Made by a program: the position numbers and the translations under genes | DNA from: Chloroflexota bacterium | Lineage (GTDB): Bacteria > Chloroflexota > UBA11872 > VXOZ01 | NCBI GenBank assembly: GCA_965221905.1 | Contig: OZ244922.1 | Coordinates: 3,232,001 to 3,296,000 of the forward strand | DNA length: 64,000 nt | Direction of reading: 5' to 3' | Shown: positions 11,045-21,483 of the stretch, piece after piece | How positions within the stretch are numbered: position 1 is the stretch's first letter | How the letters are laid out: every line of letters begins with the position of its first letter | The notes under the pieces: model-generated | What the model saw: only the letters and a program-made list of their open reading frames with translations | Database searches by the model: none | What the model was told of the DNA's origin: nothing

Positions 11045-11295
11045 GAATCTCTCCTTGCCGTGTGTGAACCTAGAACTCAATCTCGTGGAACCCTAGCAAT
11101 TCCATTCCCAATGGCAGAGGTATCAGGCCTCAGCCAACCCTACCCTATACCATACAGAGGCTAGCGGCGCCGCGCACCTGGCTGACGGTTTCGCGCCGCT
11201 CCGACGCCTACCCCTGCTTTGTGCCCTGTCTACACGCCCAGTATACTGACAGCAAAGCATAATAGTGGGCAAAACGAGAGTGAGGTGAAAGGATA

Positions 11296-12276
11296 GTGAC
11301 TCCAATTCGCTGTGCCGTGCTCGGCACCGGCCATTCGCATGCGCTGGGCAAGCTCAACGTGTTGCGCAACTCTCCTGAGTGGGAACTGGTAGGCGTATGC
11401 GAACCGGACGCTGCCTGGCGTCAGCAGCGGCAGCAGGAGGCTAACTGGCAAGACCTGCGCTGGCTCGAAGAAGCAGAAGTCTTCGACGACCCAACTATTC
11501 AGATGATTGCGGTCGAGAGCGAGGTACCCCAGTTGCTGCCTTTGGGTCAGAAAGCCATCGACGCCGGTAAGCACATTCATCTCGACAAACCGGCGGGCAC
11601 GGATCTCGCCGTGTGGCGGGCGTTGCTCGCGAAGGCCGAGCAGCAGGACCTCATCATCCAGATGGGGTATATGTTCCGCTACAATCCCGGCTTCGACCTC
11701 GTGCGCCAGGCAGTGCGGGAAGGCTGGCTGGGCGACGTTCACTACGTGCGCGGCGGCATCAACTCCGCGAGCGATCCCGCCACCCGGGAACGGCTGCAAC
11801 ACTATCCCGGCGGCATCATGCTCGAACTGGGATGCCATCTGCTCGACATGATTACGCTGATCATGGGCCGACCGGAAAAGGTCACGCCCTTCTTGCGCCA
11901 GGACGGGCATTATGACGTCAAGATGTCAGACAACACCGTCGCCGTTTTGGAGTACGCGGGGGCGATGGGCATCATCGAGAGTTCGCTCCTGGAGATGGGT
12001 TCGCAAGATCGACGGCACTTCGCCGTCTGCGGCAGTCAGGGCAGCATCGTCCTGACGCCCTTGGAACCGCCGGCGGGTCGCCTCTTCCTCAATGAGCCGC
12101 GCGGGGGCTACCAGGCCGGCTGGCAGGACGTCCCATTTGAAAACATCCCACGCTACGAGCGCGATTTGGTGGAACTCGCCGCGTGCATCCGCGGCGAAAT
12201 GGAGTTTCCCTACACAAAGGAGCATGATTACATCACGCAGGAAACGGTCCTGCGGGCCTGCGGAGCGGCGGACTAA
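11296..12276 (+). CDS. Gfo/Idh/MocA family oxidoreductase
   Basis: Rossmann N-terminus, AGKHIHLDKP, GYMFRY, GGIMLELGCHLLD. Confidence 0.9.
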   Translation: MTPIRCAVLGTGHSHALGKLNVLRNSPEWELVGVCEPDAAWRQQRQQEANWQDLRWLEEAEVFDDPTIQMIAVESEVPQLLPLGQKAIDAGKHIHLDKPAGTDLAVWRALLAKAEQQDLIIQMGYMFRYNPGFDLVRQAVREGWLGDVHYVRGGINSASDPATRERLQHYPGGIMLELGCHLLDMITLIMGRPEKVTPFLRQDGHYDVKMSDNTVAVLEYAGAMGIIESSLLEMGSQDRRHFAVCGSQGSIVLTPLEPPAGRLFLNEPRGGYQAGWQDVPFENIPRYERDLVELAACIRGEMEFPYTKEHDYITQETVLRACGAAD

Positions 12277-12366
12277 ACAGCGTAGCGAATTCGCTTTCAT
12301 GACGGCCAAGATCAGACTGACGGAAGCGCCAGCGCCAGCCGCTTTCACGGAGCCGGTTCCAAACTC

Positions 12367-12398
12367 CGTTCATACTTCGACAGGCTCAGTACGAACGG
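12367..12398. repeat. REP-like CCGTTCATACTTCGACAGGCTCAGTACGAACGG
   Basis: Same family as 9874, 31260 and 62443. Coordinates are approximate to 1-2 bp. Confidence 0.75.
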
Positions 12399-12450
12399 AG
12401 TTTTGTTTGCTCTCAACTTTTGAATTGTCCGCACACAAAAGGAGTTTCCC

Positions 12451-13494
12451 ATGAGCGATGCACCCGACATTAGCGTTGAAGTCACGCCCTGGAAATACGA
12501 CGCCCAGTTCGTCTACTCCATGACCTATGACGAAGGCACTCTCGACGCCATCGTGAACTCGTTTCCGATTCACGAGGAGCACGACATTCCGGGGCACGTC
12601 TGCACCGTAAGCGGGCACTTGGGCCAGCAGCGCTTGGTGCGCGGCACCTCGATGCGCGAGGTGTTCTACATGAACCCGGAACAACTGCGCTTTCTGATCA
12701 ACAAGGGATGGACGATCAGCAGCCACTCCCATACGCATGTGCCGACGAACCAGGACGGCATCGACCTCGATCTGGAAGTGCGCCTGAGCAAGTGGGAACT
12801 GGAGAAAGCGACCGAACAGCCGGTGCGGCTCTTTGCCTACTGGGGCAACCTGCGCATCGCCCACAAGATACTACCCGTGGCCAAGGAAGCCGGGTATCAA
12901 GGCCTTCTCAGTATCGGCTACCCGTTCAATACGTCCGACTATGACGAGTGGGCAATCATGCGCGGCACTATCGGACGCGATCTGGAAGGGTGGCTCCAAG
13001 AACCGTCAGTCTCGCTTTACCACCACACCCGCAACGCCTTCCCGGGCGAACTCAGGCAGGAAACCACCCGCGGTCTGTGGCTTGTGGACATTTCGCACAT
13101 TGTCGTAGACCGCCTCCCCAAGGCCAACGGCCCCGGTCTCTGGAACCGCTGCATGACGCCATCCATCCTGGATGCGCGGTTGCGCGAAGTGCGGGCGCTG
13201 TGGGGCAACGATCTGTGGGCAACGGTACCCGAAGAAGTGGTCGAATACACGCTGCTGCGCCGCGCCGCCGCAGTGACGGTTACGTCCAACGGCACAGACC
13301 GAGCTACGTGCACCGTAAACCTTAATGGCCTACGGGACGACGTGACCGCCCGCGAATTAACATTCCGCGCGCAAACACCCTGGCGCAACGCCACGGTCAA
13401 CGGCGGCGCAATTTCCGCCCAGATGAAAGACGGAACATTGGTCTGGACCGCGACGGTCGAGGACGGCACGAAGTTTGTGCTCAGCGCGAACTAG
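12451..13494 (+). CDS. Polysaccharide deacetylase (NodB/CE4)-like protein
   Basis: SMTYDEG (TFDDG-like) and ISSHSHTH metal-binding motif. Confidence 0.7.
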   Translation: MSDAPDISVEVTPWKYDAQFVYSMTYDEGTLDAIVNSFPIHEEHDIPGHVCTVSGHLGQQRLVRGTSMREVFYMNPEQLRFLINKGWTISSHSHTHVPTNQDGIDLDLEVRLSKWELEKATEQPVRLFAYWGNLRIAHKILPVAKEAGYQGLLSIGYPFNTSDYDEWAIMRGTIGRDLEGWLQEPSVSLYHHTRNAFPGELRQETTRGLWLVDISHIVVDRLPKANGPGLWNRCMTPSILDARLREVRALWGNDLWATVPEEVVEYTLLRRAAAVTVTSNGTDRATCTVNLNGLRDDVTARELTFRAQTPWRNATVNGGAISAQMKDGTLVWTATVEDGTKFVLSAN

Positions 13495-13552
13495 GCTACG
13501 CTGAGGTCTCTTGGCATAGACCGCAGTTTCCTTGCGTAATGGCGGCGGATCG

Positions 13553-13586
13553 CTCCATCATTCCCGCGCACGCGGGAATGATGGAG
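13553..13586. repeat. Palindrome of the CATTCCCGC-n-GCGGGAATG REP family; possible bidirectional terminator
   Basis: Perfect 15-bp stem CTCCATCATTCCCGC/GCGGGAATGATGGAG between convergent genes. Confidence 0.75.
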
Positions 13587-13863
13587 GCTAGTCTAGCCTC
13601 TTTTACTCGCTGGATTCAGCGTCTTTCTTCACATGATTGACAGATCTCTTGGTAGAGCTTACTATTTTGCTTTGCTTTTCTAAGCGGTCTTCCAACTTAC
13701 CATCTACTGCCCCGCTCAGACTTCCCACAATAAACACTGTGCCGTTCACCCACTTATCAACCGGGTGAACGGCACAGCAGCCTATTCTTCGCTCAATGGA
13801 ACAGTGAAGTTCCCTAGGCACTTTATGCACGCAGGCAATCAGTGCACAAGGCGCATACGCTGT

Positions 13864-15252
13864 TTACAGTTGGTCGGCCCACTTATCGAGGACGACTTGC
13901 ACCTGCTCAGCGTGCTGCTTATTGGCCTCTTCGGGCGTCAGCTCCTTGGCGTAGGCCTTGAACCAGATATCGATGTTGATGCCGATGATCTCATCGTTAC
14001 CGGGGATGACCGGCACCCACTTGGCGAGCTCCAGCTCTGCCAGGTAGGCCTCAGCCTCAGGCACCTGCTCCAGGTAGCCGCCGTATGAAGCTGACTGGAG
14101 CGCGGGGATGTAGTCACCGGCACCAATTGACCAGCGCAGGTTCACGTCCGAGCCCAGGAAGAACTCGATGAGGGAGAAGCCCCCTTCACTATTGGCAGCG
14201 CCCTGCGGCTGTGCCAGTGCCCAGCCACCCTGGTAGTTGGTCGCCACGCCATCCGGCGGCAGCGGCATGGGCGCCGACTTGAAGTTCACCGCGGATTCCC
14301 ACGTCTTGCGATACGTGGCGGCATACCAGTGGCCGCCGATCATCTGAGAGACACCACCGTTGGTGAAGGCATCGTTGCGATCAGGCCTCTGCTGGCCCAA
14401 GAACTCGTCGATCCGTACATTGCCGCCGGTAAGGTCGACCATGTTGATCATGAACTTGAGCGCGGTCACACCCTTATCATTGTCAAAGTTGACACTCTTG
14501 TTGTCGGGCGAGAGATATTCGCCGCCCTGCTGCCAGAAGTGGATGTACCACTGCAAGCCGACCGGCGGATTGCCCGGCGAGCCGGTGGAGTAGCCAAGAC
14601 GCTCGATCACGCCGTCCTGCCCCGCTTTGTGGAGCTTGACCGTCGCCGATTGCAGCTCGTCCCAGGTGGTGGGCGGCCTTTCCGGATCAAGGCCCACTTC
14701 TAGAAAGTGGTCCACGTTATACATGTACGTGCGGGCGTCGGTATGCAGCCCTACCCCATAGATGTTGCCCTTCCACGTGCAGTCTTCCCGCAGCTTGGGC
14801 CAGATGTCGTCCCAGCTAAACGCTGCCGTCGCCTTGATGTGTTCGTTCAGGTTCAAGAGGAACCCCGGCGCGGAGAGCTGGCCCGCCAAATAGCGGTCCA
14901 TGTAGAAGACGTCCGGTGGTGCGCCGGCCGCCGCCGCGGTAATGAGCTTCTCTTTGCTGCCACTGCCGATGTGAGTCGGCGTGAGCGCCAAGTCGACGTT
15001 GGGATTCGCCTCCTGGAACTCGTTAAGGAGCACGTTGCCAATGTGGCCTTCCAACAAGAAGTCCTGGTACGTCCAGAACTTTACTTCGGCGGGGCCCATC
15101 ATCTCTTTGGAATCGGCCTCGCCATTTTCCTCCATTTCCGCAGCTTCGCCCTCGGCCATCGGGGCCGCCGTGGCGCATGCAGCAAACAGGGCTGCACCAC
15201 TAAATGCGCCCGCCGTGCCAATAAGCATTCTGCGTGTAAATCTTGACTCCAT
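13864..15252 (-). CDS. ABC transporter sugar-binding lipoprotein (SBP_bac_1), Tat signal
   Basis: TRRML twin-arginine, FAAC lipobox, AGAPPDVF, PPTTWDEL, GGWAL. Confidence 0.9.
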   Translation of the reverse strand: MESRFTRRMLIGTAGAFSGAALFAACATAAPMAEGEAAEMEENGEADSKEMMGPAEVKFWTYQDFLLEGHIGNVLLNEFQEANPNVDLALTPTHIGSGSKEKLITAAAAGAPPDVFYMDRYLAGQLSAPGFLLNLNEHIKATAAFSWDDIWPKLREDCTWKGNIYGVGLHTDARTYMYNVDHFLEVGLDPERPPTTWDELQSATVKLHKAGQDGVIERLGYSTGSPGNPPVGLQWYIHFWQQGGEYLSPDNKSVNFDNDKGVTALKFMINMVDLTGGNVRIDEFLGQQRPDRNDAFTNGGVSQMIGGHWYAATYRKTWESAVNFKSAPMPLPPDGVATNYQGGWALAQPQGAANSEGGFSLIEFFLGSDVNLRWSIGAGDYIPALQSASYGGYLEQVPEAEAYLAELELAKWVPVIPGNDEIIGINIDIWFKAYAKELTPEEANKQHAEQVQVVLDKWADQL

Positions 15253-15430
15253 CGGTCTCCTCCTCTGTATGAAACCGTACTACTCTACCTGTACTGCCCT
15301 GCCAAAGCGTATTCCATGTCTCGCGACGTGTCATACCAGCACTGGCGCGGTTAATTGTAGCAGGTATCAACCTTCTTGCCAATACAACCCATTGCGCATA
15401 ATTTAGGGACACGACACCTTGGCGCGCAAA

Positions 15431-15458
15431 GTAGGGGCACGACATGTCGTGCCCCTAC
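15431..15458. repeat. GTAG-type REP, perfect 28-bp palindrome GTAGGGGCACGACATGTCGTGCCCCTAC
   Basis: Identical copies at 28977-29004 and 30280-30307. Confidence 0.9.
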
Positions 15459-15630
15459 TCCCTACATACGTGCCATTGCGTAGAGTTGACTTCTCACCCG
15501 CGGGAAGATGGCAGATTGAGCTGCTTATTGTATGCAAGCTCTGTAGAGCTGCGCAAAGAATCCCTCGTCTTCAACCATCGGCCGTTCGCCGTAGACGCCA
15601 CCACGGACCATCCAGGGTAAGACACACCGC

Positions 15631-17151
15631 CTAGAGCGGATCGGCAAAGGTACGCGTATCCTTGTCCGGGCCGTCGTATTCATCCAGCCAGTTCATCTCG
15701 CCTGTGAGCGGCCAGTGGTACTTTTCCGGGGGGCGGACCTGCCGGGTCCACCGCGCCATGAGCTCCAGGTCGGCCGCCTTCTGCTCCAGACGGCGGGCGA
15801 TGTAGTCGGGGTTCCAGTCCACGTGTACCTCTGAGAGCAGTTGCTCCTGTATATAGCGGAACTGCGGGTCACCGGCCAGGTCGGTAGTCTCGTGCGGGTC
15901 GTCTTCCAGGTTGAAGAGTTGCGTTGGTTCGCCCAAGTAGTAATTCAGTTTCCAAGGGCCGCGCCGCACCATGCGTTGGAAACGGCCGTGGGGCGCATAT
16001 TCCGCCAGCGCCTGATCCTTCCACACGTCTTTCTCGCCCCGCAACTGAGGCAAGAGCGAAACACCCCGCGCCTGCGGCAAGGGATTCCCGCCGAGCGCGT
16101 CTACCACCGTGGCTATTACGTCCACCGTGCTCACCACCTGCGGGCAATTCTTTCCCTCCGGCAGCACGCCCGGCCACGAGAGGATGGCCGGCACCCTAAT
16201 CGAACCCTCGTAGAAGGTCTGCTTGAACCAGAGGCCGTGCTCGCCCACCTGGTCGCCGTGGTCGGAGGTGTAGACCACCAGGGTGTTCTCCGCCAGGCCG
16301 TTCGCCTCGAGGGCCTCCAGAATCTGGCCGATCATGGCGTCCATGCGGTCCACAAGCGCCCAGTAGGCCGTGCGCGAGCGCATAATCTCATCGTCGGTGG
16401 CGCGGTCGAGCCCACACTGCTCCCGCCACCAGCCGATGTAGGGATGCGGATCGGTAGGCGGTTCAGGGTGGGTCGGCGGCGGCACCTTGCCCCAATAGCG
16501 GTCGTAGTCTTGCTTGCGCGCCACATACGGCTGATGCGGCAGCAGGTAGCCCACAGTCAGGCAGAATGGTTCCGTGAGCACACCAGCCCGTCTTTGCACC
16601 CCTAAGCGGTTGAGCACGTCCACTGTCGCGGCGGTGGTATCCTCGTCGATCACCTCGTAGCCGCTTTGGCCGGCACCGGACCGCTCCAACGCCACGTGAT
16701 ACGGCCCAGCCGTGCCGCCGCCCAGCATGCCCAGATCTATGCCGCGACCGCCGGGGTAGTTGGGCGAAGCGTCGCCGCCGATGCGGTCGGCATAGCCGTG
16801 TAGCTGGTCGGCCCCCACAAAATGCATACGCCCGATGAGCGTGGGGCGGTAACCCACTGCCCCCAGCGCGTGGGCGAACGTGGGGATGCCCGTGTCGAGA
16901 ATGTGCCGGTTGTCCCACGTCTCGATGTCGGAGGGATACTGCCCCGTCATGTACGACATGCGCGCGGGCACGCATAGCGGCGCGGTGCAGTAGACGTTTT
17001 GCAGCACCACGCCGCGCTCGGCGAGCCGGTCCAGATGGGGCGTTTCCACTATGGGGTCGCCGTAGCAGCCCGTCACGCTGGGATTGTGTTGATCGGAAAT
17101 GATGAAGAGCAGGTTGGGACGTTGCGCGGACGATTCTGCGGACATACGCAT
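15631..17151 (-). CDS. Formylglycine-dependent sulfatase (choline-sulfatase-like)
   Basis: PNLLFIISDQH, CVPAR (CxPxR), SDHGD, RVPAI, LFNLEDDPHE. Confidence 0.92.
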   Translation of the reverse strand: MRMSAESSAQRPNLLFIISDQHNPSVTGCYGDPIVETPHLDRLAERGVVLQNVYCTAPLCVPARMSYMTGQYPSDIETWDNRHILDTGIPTFAHALGAVGYRPTLIGRMHFVGADQLHGYADRIGGDASPNYPGGRGIDLGMLGGGTAGPYHVALERSGAGQSGYEVIDEDTTAATVDVLNRLGVQRRAGVLTEPFCLTVGYLLPHQPYVARKQDYDRYWGKVPPPTHPEPPTDPHPYIGWWREQCGLDRATDDEIMRSRTAYWALVDRMDAMIGQILEALEANGLAENTLVVYTSDHGDQVGEHGLWFKQTFYEGSIRVPAILSWPGVLPEGKNCPQVVSTVDVIATVVDALGGNPLPQARGVSLLPQLRGEKDVWKDQALAEYAPHGRFQRMVRRGPWKLNYYLGEPTQLFNLEDDPHETTDLAGDPQFRYIQEQLLSEVHVDWNPDYIARRLEQKAADLELMARWTRQVRPPEKYHWPLTGEMNWLDEYDGPDKDTRTFADPL

Positions 17152-17435
17152 TCTCCTTGGAGTTGCTTACTAACCTGCGGCAAAACTGCCAACGCGGGCT
17201 AAGACATGCCTTCCATCCACCTTGGGCCGCTTTCTTGAGACGATAGTAGCATAGCAAGCGCGGCAAGCAGGCGAAGCTTTTTTGACAAGCCTTTCGCCCA
17301 CTTGCCGCACTCTTTCGACATTGCCTGTGCACTCTAGAATTCAGGGCAAACGCCCGCGCACAAGTCTGCGTGTGTGCGTTCACGCGCATTGCAGGCGCCG
17401 CCCTGCATTACTCACATCCCCGCAGCATCTAGCCG

Positions 17436-18800
17436 CTACCCGCCCAGATTGCTCAGGAACGTATCCATGATGGTTTGGAGCTCTTGCTCGGTATCCCGCA
17501 GGGTTTCCTCGATGGTCTTCTCGCCGCCGAGCGCGGTCGGTACTACCCTGAGCGTAGCCCCAAGCATCTCAGGCGCGCCTGGCGCAGGAATAACGAAACG
17601 CCGATTCTCCATCATCTCAGTCGTGAGCGTCCGAAACGGGTCGTTCTCATGATATTCCTCCGACCGGGCCACGTCGGCGCGAATCGGAAGCGTATTAAAA
17701 TTGTGCGACCAGCGCACGTTCACGCTGCCACTGCCGAAATGTTCGAGAAACTTCCAGGCACTCTCCGGTTGGCCGCTCTGGGTCGTCAGAATCCAGGTAT
17801 GGCAACCGCCGTAGGTCATGTGGCGGCCGTCGGGCGGCTTGGGCCAATGGGCAGCGTGGTATTGTACGTCCGGCACGTCTCTCTTCATGATGCCGTGGAG
17901 CGTGCTCGGCCAGTAGAGGTTGGCAACGTGGCCGTCGTAGAAGAGGAGGTGCGGACGGGTATCCTTACGGAAGTCCTCCAGCGCCTGCCAGCCTCCCTGC
18001 ATCTCGTATATCTTCATAAGCCAGCGCAGGCCTTCCAGAGCCTCCGGCGTGTTGATGGTCACGGTGCGCCCGTCGTCGCTCAGCGTCTCGCCGCCCAACT
18101 GCCACATGGGCACCATCCAGATGCTGTTGATCTGCCAGAGAGGCGCAAACGCTACCTGCTCGGTCGTATCACCGCTGATGCGCGTAAGCTTAGGAATCGC
18201 GTCTTCTAACGCTTCCCAGCTCTCCGGCGGGTTCTCGACGTCTACGCCGTTCTCCAGGTAGACCGTATCGTTCATAAAGACCGGCCGCACGTCCGGGCCG
18301 AACGGCATGCCCTGGATTTGACCCTCCCAGGTGAGGTCGCGCTGGAGCGACGGCCATATGTCCTCTCTACGCACGATGCTCGAGGCGGCCATGAAGGGAT
18401 CGAGCGGCTGGCCCACTTCCAGCGCCGCCAAGGTCTGCGCCTGCCACGAACCGGACTGGCCGATGTCGGGCCCGCTATTCGCCGCCATAGCGGCGATCAG
18501 TTTCGTGACGCGGTTGCCCTCGGGAATAGTGGAGTCTACAGTCAGCCCGGGATTTTGCTCTTCGAATTCTGCGACAACCTCAGCGCCAAGCCCCTCGCTG
18601 AGCGTCCAAAACGGAACGGTGAAGATCGTAATCGCGTAGGGCTCAGGGGCGGGCGCTTCCGTGGGAGCCGGCTCTGCCGCTGGTTTCTCTTCCATCGTTT
18701 CCGTCGGCACCATGGCGGTCCCACAGGCGGCCAGGAGACTTGCGGCTCCGGTTAGCACTGCACCCCGCAACACTGCTCTACGACTGGTTTTGCTGTTCAT
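17436..18800 (-). CDS. ABC transporter sugar-binding lipoprotein, Tat signal
   Basis: True start MNSKTSRRAVL at 18800 after AGAGGAG; LAAC lipobox; PPESWE; GGCHTW. Confidence 0.88.
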   Translation of the reverse strand: MNSKTSRRAVLRGAVLTGAASLLAACGTAMVPTETMEEKPAAEPAPTEAPAPEPYAITIFTVPFWTLSEGLGAEVVAEFEEQNPGLTVDSTIPEGNRVTKLIAAMAANSGPDIGQSGSWQAQTLAALEVGQPLDPFMAASSIVRREDIWPSLQRDLTWEGQIQGMPFGPDVRPVFMNDTVYLENGVDVENPPESWEALEDAIPKLTRISGDTTEQVAFAPLWQINSIWMVPMWQLGGETLSDDGRTVTINTPEALEGLRWLMKIYEMQGGWQALEDFRKDTRPHLLFYDGHVANLYWPSTLHGIMKRDVPDVQYHAAHWPKPPDGRHMTYGGCHTWILTTQSGQPESAWKFLEHFGSGSVNVRWSHNFNTLPIRADVARSEEYHENDPFRTLTTEMMENRRFVIPAPGAPEMLGATLRVVPTALGGEKTIEETLRDTEQELQTIMDTFLSNLGG

Positions 18801-18988
18801 CGTAATCTCCTCTCGTGGCTCTCGGCGGCATCTTGTGTGACACAGGGCACACTCACTGCCTTTCGCCACAGCGTAACTCATGTTTCTTGTGCGTTGGATC
18901 AATAGGACACTACCGGTCGTTAGCCTGTCGGTTTTCCCCCTTTCCATGCATGGCGTTCTTGTCAAGATTATAACGCACTGGCACCTAA

Positions 18989-20174
18989 GAAAACTCTGAA
19001 CAAGTCCCTGGCATAGTATCATAGCAAGAAAGCAGGATACGGTGAGGAGCTGGGTAATGGAGCAACCGACGTTTGCCGACTTGGAGTACGCGCAGAAGAA
19101 GCGCAAGACGCGCCGGGAGAAGTTCTTGGAGCGGATGGACGCGCTGCTCCCGTGGGCGGAGATGGAGGCGCGCATTGCGCCGTACTATCCCAAGCCAGGG
19201 CGGGGGCGGCGGCCGTATCCCTTGTCGGTAATGCTGCGGATACACTGCGTGCAGTTGTTCTACAACCTGAGCGATCCTGGGATGGAGGACATGCTGTACG
19301 AGGTAGAACCGGTGCGGCGGTTCGTGGGGCTGCGGCTGTCAGAGGCGCTGCCGGACGAGACGACTATTCTGCACTTTCGGCATTTGCTGGAGAAGCACCG
19401 GTTAGGAGAGGGGTTGTTGGCGGAGATCAACGCGCATTTGGCAGGTCGGGGCTTGCGGCTGCGAGCGGGGACGGTAGTGGACGCGACCATCATCGCGGCG
19501 CCGACATCGACGAAGAACCGAGAGGGGGAGCGAGACCCGGCGATGCGGCAGGTGAAGAAGGGGAACCAGTATTACTTTGGGATGAAGCTGCACATCGGCG
19601 TCGACGCACAGACGGGGCTCGTGCATAGCTTCACCACCACATCGGCCAACGTGCACGACGTAACGCAAGCGGCGGCGTTGCTGCACGGCGCAGAGCAGCA
19701 GGTGTGGGGAGACGCCGGGTACGTGGGGGTGCAGAAGCGACCGGAGCATCAGGGGCGCGCCGTAGCGTGGCAGGTGGCGCTCAAGCCGGGGCTGCGGCGG
19801 AAACTGGCGCCTGAGAGCGCGGCGGCGCTGGCAGAGCAGCGCAAAGCATCGGTTAGGGCCAAAGTAGAGCATCCGTTCCTGTGGGTGAAGCGGCACTTCG
19901 GCTACGCCACGGTGCGCTACCGGGGTCTGTCCAAGAACAGGCAACGGCTGGCGTTGCTGCTGGGGCTGACCAATGTGATGACGGCCGCACGCCAGTTGGC
20001 AACATGACACGGGAGCAGTGCGCCCAAAACACGGCCAGGAGCGTATTGCGCTTCCAACGGGACCGCATCAAAGCCAAAACAGCCCCTCCCACATGCCAAG
20101 ACACACCTCAAACCACCCCACAATCCCGCACATACCCATAAACCGATGCATATCCCGACTTGCTCAGACCTTTC
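18989..20174 (+). mobile_element. Complete IS5-family (IS5 subgroup) insertion sequence, 1186 bp
   Basis: IRs GAAAACTCTGAACAAGTC and rc GAAAGGTCTGAGCAAGTC (15/18 match). CTAA on both flanks (18985-18988, 20175-20178), typical of IS5 YTAR targets. Confidence 0.93.
19057..20007 (+). CDS. IS5 family transposase
   Basis: KTRREKFL, PDETTIL, VDATII, YFGMKLHIGVD, GDAGY, RAKVEHPF, VRYRGL. ATG 19057 after GAGGAG. Confidence 0.96.
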   Translation: MEQPTFADLEYAQKKRKTRREKFLERMDALLPWAEMEARIAPYYPKPGRGRRPYPLSVMLRIHCVQLFYNLSDPGMEDMLYEVEPVRRFVGLRLSEALPDETTILHFRHLLEKHRLGEGLLAEINAHLAGRGLRLRAGTVVDATIIAAPTSTKNREGERDPAMRQVKKGNQYYFGMKLHIGVDAQTGLVHSFTTTSANVHDVTQAAALLHGAEQQVWGDAGYVGVQKRPEHQGRAVAWQVALKPGLRRKLAPESAAALAEQRKASVRAKVEHPFLWVKRHFGYATVRYRGLSKNRQRLALLLGLTNVMTAARQLAT

Positions 20175-20484
20175 CTAAACCTACAGGGATTGGCAGGACT
20201 CTTACATTGATGTCCGGGGTCGCCTCGCGGAATGCCTCGGTGATGGCGTAGCCATGACTGCCGGGTGTGGCAAAACCGCCATAGGCCCAGTAGCTGATGG
20301 TCACCGGTTCAGCGGATTCGGGCACCGACTCCTGCGCAGCGGGCGCATCGCCCTCAGATGTGGGCGCAGTCGCGGGTACTGCACCGCAGGCAGCGAGTAC
20401 GATCCCTCCACTCATTACACCAGTGGCTGAGTTCAGCCTTCTACGCGTAACAAGCCTCGCCTTGGGTACCACTCCTGTGTGCAA
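20175..20484 (-). pseudogene. 5' fragment of a Tat-lipoprotein sugar-binding protein truncated at the IS5
   Basis: TRRRL, LAACG, Ala/Pro/Glu linker, VTISYW...FREATPDINV; the frame then runs into the IS end. Confidence 0.8.
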
Positions 20485-20735
20485 TTACAACAGTCTCTCT
20501 CGTTGTTCAAGAGTATACACCGCTATTGACTATTTTGCACAATGCTTGTAAGTAAGTTAACTGTGTTCGAGGCAAGAGATCACGCGCGATGGATGCAGTC
20601 GGCTACGCCGCGCGGTGATGAATTGTCTACCCATGAAGCCGGGTATTGCACGCATAGCAAAGCCCTAGTTACAGGATCTATAGCGCAGATACCCAATACG
20701 CTAAGCGAGGAATGAGTGCGGCGCGAATCCGCTGC

Positions 20736-21308
20736 TTAGAAGGGCAAACTAAAGGAAAAGATTGCCCGCAGAATGGCCCAGATGCTGCTATAGACAGCGC
20801 CCACCCAGAAGATGCCGTTCAGGGTGGTGCCGATTACAACTAAGGAATACGCGCGCCTCCCCGTGATCCCCATCAGCCAGATGAGCGGTACGCCTGCCAT
20901 AGTGGGGCCGGAGAACGTATATACCAGAAGAACCATGAGGTCGCGCCGTCTTTCCGACGCATAGACAAAGTTGCGGATCTTCTGCAAACGTTCGGCCTTG
21001 GCGCGTATCCAGTCGGAGAGGTCTAGCTCGAGCAAGAGCAGGTAGAGGAGCGCGCCATTGAGGACGATCATCACCAGGATCGTGGCTGCCGTGGCAATTG
21101 GCGCATTGAACTTCAAGATCAGGAAGTTAGAAAACAGAGTCACAATTATGTCAATAGAGGGCCAGAGCGCAAGCGTGACCACCCGCCGCAGATATTTTCG
21201 CAGCACGAGCCGATTGATCTTGCGCCGTGGCACGCGGCTGACAACCATCGTCAAGCGGTCGGCGGATTCCCGGCGATTTGGAGGCGGCTCTAATGCTGTA
21301 GCTGCCAT
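20736..21308 (-). CDS. Hypothetical membrane protein (about 4 TM)
   Basis: 190-aa ORF with four hydrophobic segments; no family recognised. Confidence 0.6.
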   Translation of the reverse strand: MAATALEPPPNRRESADRLTMVVSRVPRRKINRLVLRKYLRRVVTLALWPSIDIIVTLFSNFLILKFNAPIATAATILVMIVLNGALLYLLLLELDLSDWIRAKAERLQKIRNFVYASERRRDLMVLLVYTFSGPTMAGVPLIWLMGITGRRAYSLVVIGTTLNGIFWVGAVYSSIWAILRAIFSFSLPF

Positions 21309-21483
21309 GGATTACTTCCGTCCAATAATTGAAATGACAGGTGCAAGCACTGTGCTGTGCAGCCGTGTCTTGAATCCAATGTAAAGTATATCTTTAATAA
21401 ATGCAAACTACATCTTTTAAGACAATAGATGCTATCTCGTATGCGCCCACAATCATAATCTTAACTCTTAAGATCAGGTTGTG

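Noticed and set aside
13603-13830. 75-aa ORF in an AT-richer spacer
   Set aside because: No RBS or motif; possibly a gene remnant, but this cannot be supported.
18801-19175. N-terminal extension of the 579-aa SBP ORF
   Set aside because: It runs through intergenic DNA and the IS5; the Tat signal and RBS place the start at 18800.
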